Assembly (NCBI GenBank): GCA_963600695.1
Contig: CAVCBR010000004.1
Span: 135-64,134 of the forward strand
DNA: 64,000 bases
Direction: 5' to 3'
DNA from: a bacterium
GTDB taxonomy: Bacteria > Bacteroidota > Bacteroidia > Bacteroidales > Muribaculaceae
Made by a program: the position numbers and the translations under genes. The notes beneath the pieces are model-generated. The model saw nothing but the letters and a program-made list of their open reading frames with translations, did not search any database and was not told where the DNA came from. Position 1 is the first letter of the stretch. The number at the start of each line of letters is the position of its first letter. This document shows, piece after piece, positions 38,008-47,450 of the stretch.

Positions 38008-38098
38008 GAGGCTTGGCGCACGGACTGGGGCTCACGAAAGCACCCCAGGCGTTTTTGAAAGTAGTGCGCGGTTGATCCTACACGCCGAGCCTCTTTTT
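38008..38098 (+). ncRNA. Candidate multi-stem structured RNA or terminator
   Basis: 11-bp closing stem GAGGCTTGGCG/CGCCGAGCCTC enclosing two hairpins, then T5. Confidence 0.45.
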
Positions 38099-38132
38099 AA
38101 CAACAACCCACTCAGACAAAAAACAAAATCTT

Positions 38133-38231
38133 ATGACAAAAAATGATTTGGCTCGCGAGCTTGCCGTCTCCAAAAAGCTCTCCCTTTTCACAAACATCAA
38201 TGCCTACGCCCGGGAGGAGCGCAAGCTATGA
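38133..38231 (+). pseudogene. Internally deleted HU-family DNA-binding protein
   Basis: MTKNDLARELAVSKKLS matches HU helix 1, but the ORF is only 32 aa and lacks the GFG/arm region. Confidence 0.6.
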
Positions 38232-38677
38232 GACTCTACGAATGTGGCGTGCGCTACGAAAAAATTATGCCTAACGGCGCACAAAAAAGAATAACCGAAC
38301 TATACCTCGTCGACGCTTTGTCGTTCACCGAAGCTGAGTCTGTTATCATTCGCGAACTCACTCCCTATCTATCCGGTGACTTTGATGTAATTTCCATCAA
38401 ACGCACAAACTATTCCGAGATCGTGCGTGACACAGACAACATTCCCGACAAGTGGTTTAAGGCAAAAGTTAATTTCTTATCCATCGACGAAAAAACAGGA
38501 GGCGAAAAGAAAAATGCCACATACCTCATAGTCAATACCGGCTCTATAAACGCCGCCCACAACGCGTTGGTGTCACATCTAAAAAACACCATATCAGACT
38601 ACGAGATCGCCACGCTTGACGAAACAAAAATTATCGATTTGTTCCAATATCAACCCGACACAAATGACGATAACTAA
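38228..38677 (+). CDS. DUF4494-family protein
   Basis: YLVDALSFTEAE, KWFKAK, ETKIID. Confidence 0.85.
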   Translation: MRLYECGVRYEKIMPNGAQKRITELYLVDALSFTEAESVIIRELTPYLSGDFDVISIKRTNYSEIVRDTDNIPDKWFKAKVNFLSIDEKTGGEKKNATYLIVNTGSINAAHNALVSHLKNTISDYEIATLDETKIIDLFQYQPDTNDDN

Positions 38678-39053
38678 AATCAAAAACTCCTTCGCCAAAG
38701 GTCGAAATAAGTACGGCAACACTCGCGTCGGCTCCCATGCCTCAAAAAAGGAGCACTATCGAGCCATGCAACTCAAAGCCATGGAACGTGCCGGACTTAT
38801 TTCCGACCTCCGCGAACAGGTATCATTCACCCTCATCCCCACACAATACGGCGAGTGTGGCAAAGATTTCAAAGGCAAAAACGTCAGAGTCCTCCTCGAG
38901 CGTGCTTGCCGATATGTCGCCGACTTCGTTTACACAGACAACGCCACCGGGCAACAGGTCGTTGAAGACACAAAGGGCGTGCGCACAAAAGAATACATCA
39001 TCAAGCGCAAACTCATGTTGCTCGTCTACGGCATACAAATCAAGGAAATATAA
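38664..39053 (+). CDS. DUF1064-family PD-(D/E)XK nuclease
   Basis: NKYGN...SKKE, YVADFVY, VVEDTKG.RT..YIIKRKL. Confidence 0.85.
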   Translation: MTITKIKNSFAKGRNKYGNTRVGSHASKKEHYRAMQLKAMERAGLISDLREQVSFTLIPTQYGECGKDFKGKNVRVLLERACRYVADFVYTDNATGQQVVEDTKGVRTKEYIIKRKLMLLVYGIQIKEI

Positions 39054-39138
39054 ATCCCCGAAGGGGTTGTATGATGGGTCGGAGTTTCGTCGCAAACACC
39101 GAGGTCATACAACACTTCAACTTAAATTGGTTAAGTAT

Positions 39139-39723
39139 ATGGAAAAAGACGCTTTCCTTTTTTACCGCAGCTTCTATGAGGCTATCAAACCACTCTCAAA
39201 AGATATTCAGTGCGAGGTTTATACGGCTATTATGGAATATGCCTTGTATGGAAATCTCCCGACTGATCTCAAACCTTTTGCTCAAAGTGCTTTCACCCTC
39301 ATCAAACCACTGCTTGACGCCAACTCCGCGCGTTATGCCAACGGCTCCAAAGGTGCTGCCTTCGGTCACCTCGGCGGTCGTCCGAGAAAATCTAAACAAC
39401 CGACACCTCCGGTCGCTGACATTTCCCCGAAGTACTCGGCGTCTTTCGCCGACGAAGCTGACAAAATGAAGTCTGACACCATTTGGCTCGAAAGTGTATG
39501 TATGCTGTTCTCTATCGACACCGACGAGTGTATGAAACGCTTGCAGGCTTTCACTCAACATTGCCAATGCGAAAAGTCTGAAAATCCTCACTCCGACATC
39601 AACGACGCCAAACGACACTTTCTATCGTGGATGCGCAAAGCATACCCGGCGTCTTCAAACAACAACCGGTCGACACCGACAGATTATTCCTATGATGGCG
39701 GTTTCGGCAGTATCGATGTTTAA
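39139..39723 (+). CDS. DUF6291-type replication initiation protein
   Basis: FLFYRSFYEAI...AIMEYALYG...NG.KG....GGRP; start at MEKDAF. Confidence 0.75.
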   Translation: MEKDAFLFYRSFYEAIKPLSKDIQCEVYTAIMEYALYGNLPTDLKPFAQSAFTLIKPLLDANSARYANGSKGAAFGHLGGRPRKSKQPTPPVADISPKYSASFADEADKMKSDTIWLESVCMLFSIDTDECMKRLQAFTQHCQCEKSENPHSDINDAKRHFLSWMRKAYPASSNNNRSTPTDYSYDGGFGSIDV

Positions 39724-39739
39724 CAATATCCCCCAAATT

Positions 39740-40609
39740 ATGACTGACAATTATTCTCAATGCCTGCGTGACGCCCTCTCGTCATTCAACATCAAGCCCA
39801 CCGGCAGTGCCGGGTGGGACTCCGAACTACTGTGTGCACTTCAAGCAAAACGACACCAAGAGGCAAATGCCATACGCTCCCTGTCCTCTGTCATCGTCGA
39901 GGTTTTGCAATACGCCAAAAACCACAAAAGCAATATGCCCGACCTCTCAAATCCGGCAGTCTACAACGCACACGCCAAACTCATTGTGTGGATAGCCGAC
40001 AACATCGTCCTCGCACCACAACGCCGACGCTTCATCATAGACAAAAACAACGCCGACATTCTGCGCTTTCTCCTATTGTATTTCAACGATTGCCCTCTCG
40101 CCGAAGATGTATTCCCCGACCGGGGCTACAAACTCCACAAAAACATCATGCTTCAAGGCAGTGTCGGCGTTGGCAAAACAATGATGATGCAAATATTCTC
40201 CGAATACCTGCGCCGCACCAACAACCCCCACGCGTTTCAAAACGTCTCCGTGACTCAGATGGTGAACCACTACTCGATATACAACAACATTGACCTATAC
40301 ACCTACAACGAGGGCAACACACGCGGATTTAAAGTACAGCCATACAACCTCTGCCTCAACGACATCGGCGTCGAAAACCGACCATTCTATGGCATCGACA
40401 CTCTCACCGTCGTCACCGACTTTCTCCACGCTCGCAATGAACTGTGGGCAAACCAAGCCATCGGCGACCGCAAATTTGCTCACCTCACCACAAACCTCAA
40501 CAACGAAGCCCTCGACAAACTCTTCAAACAAAAAGACTCCTTCGGGCGTGTCGTCGACCGCTTCAAAACCTACAACGTAATTCCTCTCACCGGCAACAGC
40601 CGACGATAA
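39740..40609 (+). CDS. P-loop ATPase, DnaC/IstB-like helicase loader
   Basis: GSVGVGKT, LCLNDIG, HLTTNL, DRF...L.G.SRR. Confidence 0.8.
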   Translation: MTDNYSQCLRDALSSFNIKPTGSAGWDSELLCALQAKRHQEANAIRSLSSVIVEVLQYAKNHKSNMPDLSNPAVYNAHAKLIVWIADNIVLAPQRRRFIIDKNNADILRFLLLYFNDCPLAEDVFPDRGYKLHKNIMLQGSVGVGKTMMMQIFSEYLRRTNNPHAFQNVSVTQMVNHYSIYNNIDLYTYNEGNTRGFKVQPYNLCLNDIGVENRPFYGIDTLTVVTDFLHARNELWANQAIGDRKFAHLTTNLNNEALDKLFKQKDSFGRVVDRFKTYNVIPLTGNSRR

Positions 40610-40621
40610 ACGAGCAAAAAA

Positions 40622-41929
40622 ATGAAAATCAAAATTTTTGAGGCATTTGCCGGATATGGCAGTCAGTCTATGGCTTTGGAATTGCTAAAACAAGACATAG
40701 GGTTTGATTATGAAGTAGTAGGTATTAGCGAAATTGATAAAAATGCGATAAAAGGATATTACGCCGTGCGCGATACAGATTTAGATACACCTAATACACA
40801 GGCATATAGGGGGTATAAACCAAAAACCGAACTATTAAATCGTTATCACAACTTTGGTGACATTTCAAAAATTGATTGGCAAAAAGTTCCCGATTTTAAT
40901 TTGTTCACTTATTCATTCCCTTGCACTGACATATCTCACGCAGGTGCGCAAAAAGGATTTTCGGAAAAGTCCGGTACTCGTTCGTCCTTATTGTGGGAGT
41001 GTATAAAAGCCATTCGCATTAAACGCCCAAAATATTTACTTTTGGAAAATGTTAAGGCACTGATTAGCGCAAAATTTGCTCCCGACTTCAAAAGGTGGCT
41101 GTCTTTGCTTGAACAATTAGGCTATTCAAACTTTACGCAAGTACTTAATGCTAAAAATTACGGCATTCCCCAAAATCGCGAAAGGGTATTTGTTGTGAGT
41201 ATTCTTGATGGTGGCGTTTTTTATTTCCCCAAGCCGGTTAAGTTGAAAACTCGTTTGCGCGATTTTTTAGAACCACAAGTAGATAAATCTTTTTATTTGG
41301 CGGAAAACCGTATCAAAGCTCTAATTAATCGAGCTTTAATCAAAATAGATAAGGGGAGTGGACTTATCCCTAATTTTCAAACAGAAAATGGTATATCCGG
41401 TACGATAACGACTTATAGTGGAAACCGTGATACAGATACCTACATAACCGATGATGAGCATAAAATAAAGATAAACCAACTTTTCAATCTGTATAAACGA
41501 CCTGACAAAAAATTTAGCAACGTACAAACCGGGCGAGTTTATGGAACAGATGGATTAAGCCCTTGTTTAACGACAAATGGTGGTGGCGATAGGGAGATAA
41601 AAATATACGAGCCGAGAATACAACCAATAGTTCCACACAACAAGCCCAGTAAAGCAAAACTCATTTGTCCCACCATAACAACGTCGTCTTTCGAGGAAAA
41701 TAACTTTGTCATAAATTTTGGCAACATTAGAAAATTGACACCACGCGAGTGTTACCGATTAATGGGTGTCCCGGAGTATTGTATCAACCGATTGTTAAAC
41801 TCAGACATCGCCAAAACAAAACATTACACCTTAGCCGGCAATTCAATAGTAATTCCGTGTTTATATCACATATTCAAGTCATTATTCACGACTGAAATCC
41901 CCAAAAATCAACAATTAATTTTTTTCTAA
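40622..41929 (+). CDS. DNA cytosine-C5 methyltransferase
   Basis: FAGYG, SFPCTD, ENV, PQNRERVF, LTPREC, AGNSI. Confidence 0.95.
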   Translation: MKIKIFEAFAGYGSQSMALELLKQDIGFDYEVVGISEIDKNAIKGYYAVRDTDLDTPNTQAYRGYKPKTELLNRYHNFGDISKIDWQKVPDFNLFTYSFPCTDISHAGAQKGFSEKSGTRSSLLWECIKAIRIKRPKYLLLENVKALISAKFAPDFKRWLSLLEQLGYSNFTQVLNAKNYGIPQNRERVFVVSILDGGVFYFPKPVKLKTRLRDFLEPQVDKSFYLAENRIKALINRALIKIDKGSGLIPNFQTENGISGTITTYSGNRDTDTYITDDEHKIKINQLFNLYKRPDKKFSNVQTGRVYGTDGLSPCLTTNGGGDREIKIYEPRIQPIVPHNKPSKAKLICPTITTSSFEENNFVINFGNIRKLTPRECYRLMGVPEYCINRLLNSDIAKTKHYTLAGNSIVIPCLYHIFKSLFTTEIPKNQQLIFF

Positions 41930-41941
41930 AAACATAACACT

Positions 41942-42023
41942 ATGATTATCAAATCCCAAAAACTTGACTTCACCGCGCAAATTCCTACAAAAGCGCATTT
42001 TTTCGGACGCAGGATTTGACCTG
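41942..42023 (+). pseudogene. dut: dUTPase 5' remnant, frameshifted and truncated
   Basis: MIIKSQKLDFTAQIPTKAHF, +1 shift in a T6 run, then SDAGFDL (dUTPase motif 1); later motifs absent. Confidence 0.65.
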
Positions 42024-42083
42024 ATGCGACCCAACAGCAACCGAATTTATTCAACCAATCCAACACGTAAAAACCTAAACAAA

Positions 42084-42275
42084 ATGGAAAAAGATTATGC
42101 CCGATGCGTCGGGGTCAACTACTTTAAAGAGAAGAACCCCAACCTTTGCCGGAACTGTAAACGATACATACCATGGTCAGAACCCGTCGAGGACACCGTC
42201 ACGTGGGTGCCACCCCTATATGACGAGACAACAAACACCTGCGAGTTCCACGACCCCCAAAAACAAAAGGAATGA
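42084..42275 (+). CDS. Small Cys-rich phage protein
   Basis: DYARC.G...C..C.RY...CEF. Confidence 0.65.
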   Translation: MEKDYARCVGVNYFKEKNPNLCRNCKRYIPWSEPVEDTVTWVPPLYDETTNTCEFHDPQKQKE

Positions 42276-42613
42276 AGATACTTGATTTAGTCCTAAAAGG
42301 ACAATGGTACGATATGATTGCCTCCGGAGAGAAAAATGAGGAGTATCGGGAGATAAAGCCATATTGGGAGAAACGCTTGCTTGATTATGAAGCAATAAAA
42401 CGAGATTATACAATGCTCAGACTCCGTCTATTTTTAGTAGGTAGGGGTGTTGATCCGTTGGAATATCCTCGAGGTTTTACCCACGTTCGTTTTCGACGGG
42501 GGTATACAAGTACAGCGATGGTTTTCCCCATTGAGAGTATAACCATTGGCATCGGGAAGCCTGATATGGGCGCACCGATTGACAGGGCGGTATTCATCAT
42601 CAAATTCGGATAG
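42272..42613 (+). CDS. ASCH/PUA-like domain protein
   Basis: LVLKGQWYDMIASGEKNEEYREIKPYW..RL, FRRGY. Confidence 0.85.
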   Translation: MKILDLVLKGQWYDMIASGEKNEEYREIKPYWEKRLLDYEAIKRDYTMLRLRLFLVGRGVDPLEYPRGFTHVRFRRGYTSTAMVFPIESITIGIGKPDMGAPIDRAVFIIKFG

Positions 42614-42683
42614 ACGACCCAAACAACGAGCAACGTTTACCGCCAACCCAATGACACCAACCATAGCAAACTCCATTCCCAAT

Positions 42684-42721
42684 ACTTAAAACAATTCACC
42701 TCCCAGGGCTGATTATCTTTG
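42684..42721 (+). promoter_or_regulatory. Putative phage late promoter (copy 2)
   Basis: ACTTAAAA-N22-TATCTTTG. Confidence 0.6.
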
Positions 42722-42732
42722 CCCTGAAACTA

Positions 42733-43116
42733 ATGGTCTCACAAATGAATAAAATCTTGCAACACAGCCGGCGTCCAGACATCTCATTCTGTCGATCAGG
42801 TCGCATATACATTTCATCACGAATTGTGAAATTCCTTGACATACGCCGCGGAGACAGCATCAACATCGCATTCAATGAAGGTGAGTGCCTGTTGTATGTC
42901 TCGGGGCGTGGCAACGCCTATCGCAATGTCGCTCAATGCTTCCCAACAAAAACAGGTAGCAAACATTTTTGCGCAAACTCCGTAGCCCTCGCTCGCGGCT
43001 TGCTCGACATCATAGGTATCAAGGCAAAAGCTGTCAAATTTTTTGTCGGCGAGCCGATGTCTATCGCCAATACTACATACCTGCCGATAATCTATAAACA
43101 GCCCATTTATGATTAA
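42733..43116 (+). CDS. Hypothetical protein
   Basis: RRPDISF..SGRI.I; overlaps the next gene. Confidence 0.7.
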   Translation: MVSQMNKILQHSRRPDISFCRSGRIYISSRIVKFLDIRRGDSINIAFNEGECLLYVSGRGNAYRNVAQCFPTKTGSKHFCANSVALARGLLDIIGIKAKAVKFFVGEPMSIANTTYLPIIYKQPIYD

Positions 43117-45787
43117 AGAAGTCAAATATAACGGTCTTTCTGCTGTCCCTTCTGACTACGACTGCACCGACGGCGACCTTGCCATCTCTATGAACTTGAT
43201 AAACGAGGACGGCGCCCTACGACCAATTCAGCCCCCGTGCGAAGTACTAACATGCCCCGATGTCTACATTCCGATAGCTACACATAGTGTCGCCAACGGT
43301 TCAAATTACATACTCCACAATGCCGCCAACGGCAACATCATTGCCCTTCCGTCGTCATGGACTTCTTCTGACTCTCTGCCCTCGCCATTTCTCACACTCG
43401 ACACAGGTGTAACTTATGCCTCCACCACCATTGTCGGCAACACTCTCGTCATCCTTGCCTCTGACGGTATGCACTATTGTTTGTGGCGCGATAGCAGTTA
43501 TAAACATCTCGGCACCTCTATACCTTACATTCCTCTGACTATTCAGCTCGAAGGACATGAGGTGGTGTATGGCGGAGAAACACTACACCTCGCCGAAGCC
43601 ATTGAACATATCGGCGCACTAAGCAACGACAACAAAAATGCAGTCACTGATGCTATTATGGGTATGGTCAACAAATTTGTCGCCGAATATACCAAAAAAG
43701 GCTGGTTCATCTTTCCGTTCTATGTCCGCTATGCCCTACGTCTGTATGATGGTTCTTACACCCGACAGTCAGCACCAATCCTAATGCAACCCGTCATCGG
43801 CTACAACCCTCATATCACCGCTCCTTATGCTGTCGGCGAAGGTAAAAAGGATTTGCCTTACACTGTCGTCAATGCCGTGGTGACTACTTTATGTGTCTCT
43901 ATTACCGGCTCTGCACAAGAGAGTGCCCCCATAAAGTCTCTACTGCAAACTTGGTCTGACATCATTCAGAGCATCGACATCTTTGTCTCTGCTCCTATCT
44001 TTGATTATGACCAGAGCGGTTCTGTGTCTTCCGTGGGCATGGAGCCGTCTCGATCACAACAATATGTCACATGCCAATATGACAATAAAGGCAATCTTTC
44101 TGACTCCTTGGGCGCGCGCAATAACCTGTTTACTTTGAGCGATTATTTCCCGGGATCTCCTTATACTTTCGACTTGCCTCGTTTCTCTGCCCAAGATATG
44201 AGAGCAAAGTATGAAAATGCCGTCAATTTTTATCTTCTGCGACGCATATTGCCTGAGGAGTTTTCTTCTATATATGTTCGCACTACCGACCTCGCCGAGG
44301 ATTATCTTACCTCGTTAACTTCCAAAGAGCTGTTGCCTGATGATTACGACTCTAACGATACTCTCGTCCCTCGTTTTGCCACCGCTTATAACAATCGCCT
44401 TACCATTGCCAACATCTCTAAATCTATATTTCCCGGCAACGATCCTCGGGTTATTGTCCCGGTGCTCAATCGCGGCACAACATATTACAATGTCTCCGCA
44501 TACGTATATTTCAACTACAACGGTAAGTCTTTTGTTCTAAAATCTGACGAATGTTCTGCCGGCGATATGACCCAAATACTATTCGTCTACCACCCCTCGC
44601 CATACGCCGTAAAAATGGTTTTCGCAAGACGTGTCAGCAGTGGCTCGGGTAATTCATATACTCAATATTTTGAATGTCCTCTCGCTCGACACCCTTTACT
44701 CAATGGCTCTTATTGGTTGTCTGACTCCCCGACTTCGGGGCTCATGTCTTGGAGCACCATTGCCTCCGATACCTTGCCGACAACCATTGATGATATGGCA
44801 CACATAGATATACCCAACAAGATATATAACTCTGATGTCAACAATCCTTTTTCATTTCCTCTTACCGGCATATCAACCATTGGCACGGGTGATATCCTCG
44901 GCATATCTTCTGCCGCACGACCGCTCTCACAAGGGCAGTTCGGTCAATTTCCTCTCTACGCTTTCACCACAGACGGTGTATGGGCATTGGAAATATCATC
45001 TTCCGGCAGTTTCATCGCGCGGCAACCCATCACACGCGATGTATGCATCAATTCTAACGCTATAACCCAACTTGATAATGTCGTACTATTTCCCACAGAA
45101 CGTGGCATTATGCAGATTGCCGGCTCGCAAACTCAATGCATCACTGACATCATAAGTTCCAAATATCCTTTTGACTGTCTCGGACTTCTCAAAAAATCAA
45201 AATTTAACAAGTGTCTCGAACATAACCCTGAGAATGATGACTGCTTGCCAATACTTTCTTTCTCCGAGTTCTTACTCCAATGCCGAATGATTTATGACTA
45301 TGTGCATCAGCGCATCATTGTTTATGCTAAGGGCGTCGCCTATGCCTACGTGTTCTCGTTGAAATCGCAATCTTGGGGTATGATGCATTCTGACTTCTCC
45401 TCAAACCTCAATTCTTATCCAGACGCCTTGGCGTTTACCTCCGAAGGCAAAATCGTCAACCTCGCTGCATCAGCCACTGACAACGTTAATTGTTGGTTGC
45501 TCTCTCGCCCTCTCCATCTTGATACTCCCAACATTCATAAGACAGTCAACTCCGTCATTCAACGTGGCTTCTTTCGCAACGCGCATATACAATCTGTACT
45601 CTTCGCATCGCGCGACCTGTTCTCATGGCATTTGATCTGGTCTTCTAAGAACCGTTTTATGCGCGGCATTCATGGCTCGCCTTACAAATACTTCCGTATT
45701 GCTCTTGTTTGCGACCTCGCTCCCGACGAATGTATCTCGGGGTGTTCTGTCGCTTACGACACCAAACTGACAAACCAACAACGATAA
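43109..45787 (+). CDS. Putative tail nozzle/stabilisation protein
   Basis: 892 aa, beta-rich; S.VNNPF.FP and LSQGQFGQFPLYAF motifs; function inferred from size and context. Confidence 0.55.
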   Translation: MIKEVKYNGLSAVPSDYDCTDGDLAISMNLINEDGALRPIQPPCEVLTCPDVYIPIATHSVANGSNYILHNAANGNIIALPSSWTSSDSLPSPFLTLDTGVTYASTTIVGNTLVILASDGMHYCLWRDSSYKHLGTSIPYIPLTIQLEGHEVVYGGETLHLAEAIEHIGALSNDNKNAVTDAIMGMVNKFVAEYTKKGWFIFPFYVRYALRLYDGSYTRQSAPILMQPVIGYNPHITAPYAVGEGKKDLPYTVVNAVVTTLCVSITGSAQESAPIKSLLQTWSDIIQSIDIFVSAPIFDYDQSGSVSSVGMEPSRSQQYVTCQYDNKGNLSDSLGARNNLFTLSDYFPGSPYTFDLPRFSAQDMRAKYENAVNFYLLRRILPEEFSSIYVRTTDLAEDYLTSLTSKELLPDDYDSNDTLVPRFATAYNNRLTIANISKSIFPGNDPRVIVPVLNRGTTYYNVSAYVYFNYNGKSFVLKSDECSAGDMTQILFVYHPSPYAVKMVFARRVSSGSGNSYTQYFECPLARHPLLNGSYWLSDSPTSGLMSWSTIASDTLPTTIDDMAHIDIPNKIYNSDVNNPFSFPLTGISTIGTGDILGISSAARPLSQGQFGQFPLYAFTTDGVWALEISSSGSFIARQPITRDVCINSNAITQLDNVVLFPTERGIMQIAGSQTQCITDIISSKYPFDCLGLLKKSKFNKCLEHNPENDDCLPILSFSEFLLQCRMIYDYVHQRIIVYAKGVAYAYVFSLKSQSWGMMHSDFSSNLNSYPDALAFTSEGKIVNLAASATDNVNCWLLSRPLHLDTPNIHKTVNSVIQRGFFRNAHIQSVLFASRDLFSWHLIWSSKNRFMRGIHGSPYKYFRIALVCDLAPDECISGCSVAYDTKLTNQQR

Positions 45788-45847
45788 AATCTTAAAGGGT
45801 GAATAATTTTTGTTGATTAGTTAATTTGCGATTTTATATGTTTATTG

Positions 45848-45882
45848 AAAAAAGTCGGGATGCGTGATGCACCTCGACTTTT
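45848..45882. terminator. Bidirectional terminator between convergent late units
   Basis: aaaaaagtcggg...ctcgactttt. Confidence 0.8.
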
Positions 45883-45911
45883 GTCTTTGACTGCCATTTG
45901 CACTATTATCA

Positions 45912-46436
45912 CTACAACCACCGCGGAGTTATGCGCGTGCGCGTCTTGCGCGAGTGCAACGCAACTCGCAACTCGTCTTCTATCATCTTCGCTTTCAACA
46001 ACCACGCCTCTGCCTTGTCCGGTTTCGTCATACTCAACCAATCTGACACCGCGCGATACACCAAATATTCGTGTATCATCTTCTCCAACAGGTTTAACGT
46101 TGTCTGTGAAAAGTCTTCCGGCACATTCATCACTATGCCATACACAGGTTGCTCTTTGAACTTGTCATCAAGATACTTCATATCCATATCGCGCTTCGTA
46201 AACGGATATAGCATCTCGCGACACTGCGCTATCGCCATCGACAACACACGAGTCACTCTGTCAACATTGCCCTCCTCGCCGACATCGAGCACCATATGAC
46301 GGCTGTGTTCCCCCTCCGGTGGCATCACATGTCCTTCGATATACGCTATGTTGCGTATGTCATACAATAGCTCCTCGCGCCTGAAACCAAGCACAGCTAT
46401 CGTCTTCCCCTGACTTTTCTCTACACAACAACTCAT
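45912..46436 (-). CDS. Putative tail adaptor/ring protein (paralog 3)
   Basis: ELLYDI.N...P.DF...IHEYL....SDW. Confidence 0.55.
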   Translation of the reverse strand: MSCCVEKSQGKTIAVLGFRREELLYDIRNIAYIEGHVMPPEGEHSRHMVLDVGEEGNVDRVTRVLSMAIAQCREMLYPFTKRDMDMKYLDDKFKEQPVYGIVMNVPEDFSQTTLNLLEKMIHEYLVYRAVSDWLSMTKPDKAEAWLLKAKMIEDELRVALHSRKTRTRITPRWL

Positions 46437-46447
46437 ATCGCCTGCAT

Positions 46448-46951
46448 TTAGTCTGATGGTCGTGTCGGACGGCTACGCTTGCTCACCGTCTGCTGTATCA
46501 ACGCCAAATTTTTGTTTGCCAAAGCATAATATTGCTCGGCATCAGAGGTGTGTGTCACCAAATACCAATCTGCTATTGCCGTGTTTGCCAGATATGCGTG
46601 TGTTGCTTCACCGACACCGGTTGTCGCCGCCTCGTTAAAGTTGCTCGGCATCGTCAAATTCAACACCAAGTCATGACTGCCGTCATAATGGCTGTTGTCT
46701 GTCGTTGTACCATTCTCGTTAAGATACTCGCCAAGCTCTGTCTGCACCTCCGAAAATCCGCGTTTTATTGACCGCAGTATCTTCTCGCGGTTCTCCTCAT
46801 CCTCTGACGCAAACATGCTCGCAATCTCTTTGTGATTGTCCTTGTTTTGTATCGTGCGACCGCGCAAGAACGTTTCATTCATGATGTCATACAGCAACCA
46901 CGATATTTTTATCGTCACCTTTACTGATTTCTTTTCTCCTAATGTTCCCAT
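46448..46951 (-). CDS. Putative tail adaptor/ring protein (paralog 2)
   Basis: LLYDI.N...MPSNF...HAYL....ADW...RPTRP. Confidence 0.55.
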   Translation of the reverse strand: MGTLGEKKSVKVTIKISWLLYDIMNETFLRGRTIQNKDNHKEIASMFASEDEENREKILRSIKRGFSEVQTELGEYLNENGTTTDNSHYDGSHDLVLNLTMPSNFNEAATTGVGEATHAYLANTAIADWYLVTHTSDAEQYYALANKNLALIQQTVSKRSRPTRPSD

Positions 46952-46980
46952 ATTTTACTTTTTTAAATAATTATTATTCG

Positions 46981-47448
46981 TCAATCTGTTGGCAACGTCG
47001 GCTTGCGACGGCTGTATAATAATCGCTCTGCCGCGGTTATCAATTCCACGGCTTGTGCAAAGTAGTCCGCCGACTCTGATTTGTTGGCAAATTTAAACCA
47101 CTCGCCAATAATAAACGCTATAAAATAGCTTCTTAACGTTGACTCTACGCTCGCCGTCAGTTTTTTGTCAAAAGATTTGCTGACCTCTATCTCTGCCACG
47201 TAAGCTGTGGAGCCTTTGTCGTCTGTCTTACTGGCTCCGTTAACCAGCATTTCTTTCAAACTTTCATTGACACTCAACACTGACTCGTCCCAAAAGCGTG
47301 ACAGTGTTTCCATATCTTCGTCTGTCGCCAATATTCTGTCTCGCGCCGTTTCATCGCTGTCCATCAGCTTTGACCCGGTGTAGTCCGTCGCCTTGGCTAC
47401 CTCTCCATAAACATCGGCTCGCTCTATCTTAATATTTATAGTCTCCAT
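46981..47448 (-). CDS. Putative tail adaptor/ring protein (paralog 1)
   Basis: DVYGEV...SKSF...RSYF....GEW...KPTLP; start at METINIK. Confidence 0.55.
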   Translation of the reverse strand: METINIKIERADVYGEVAKATDYTGSKLMDSDETARDRILATDEDMETLSRFWDESVLSVNESLKEMLVNGASKTDDKGSTAYVAEIEVSKSFDKKLTASVESTLRSYFIAFIIGEWFKFANKSESADYFAQAVELITAAERLLYSRRKPTLPTD

Positions 47449-47450
47449 TT

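Noticed and set aside
45790..45828. Fifth late-promoter copy (TCTTAAAG-N23-TTAATTTG)
   Set aside because: Both boxes mismatch, the spacer is 23 nt, and it points straight into a terminator.
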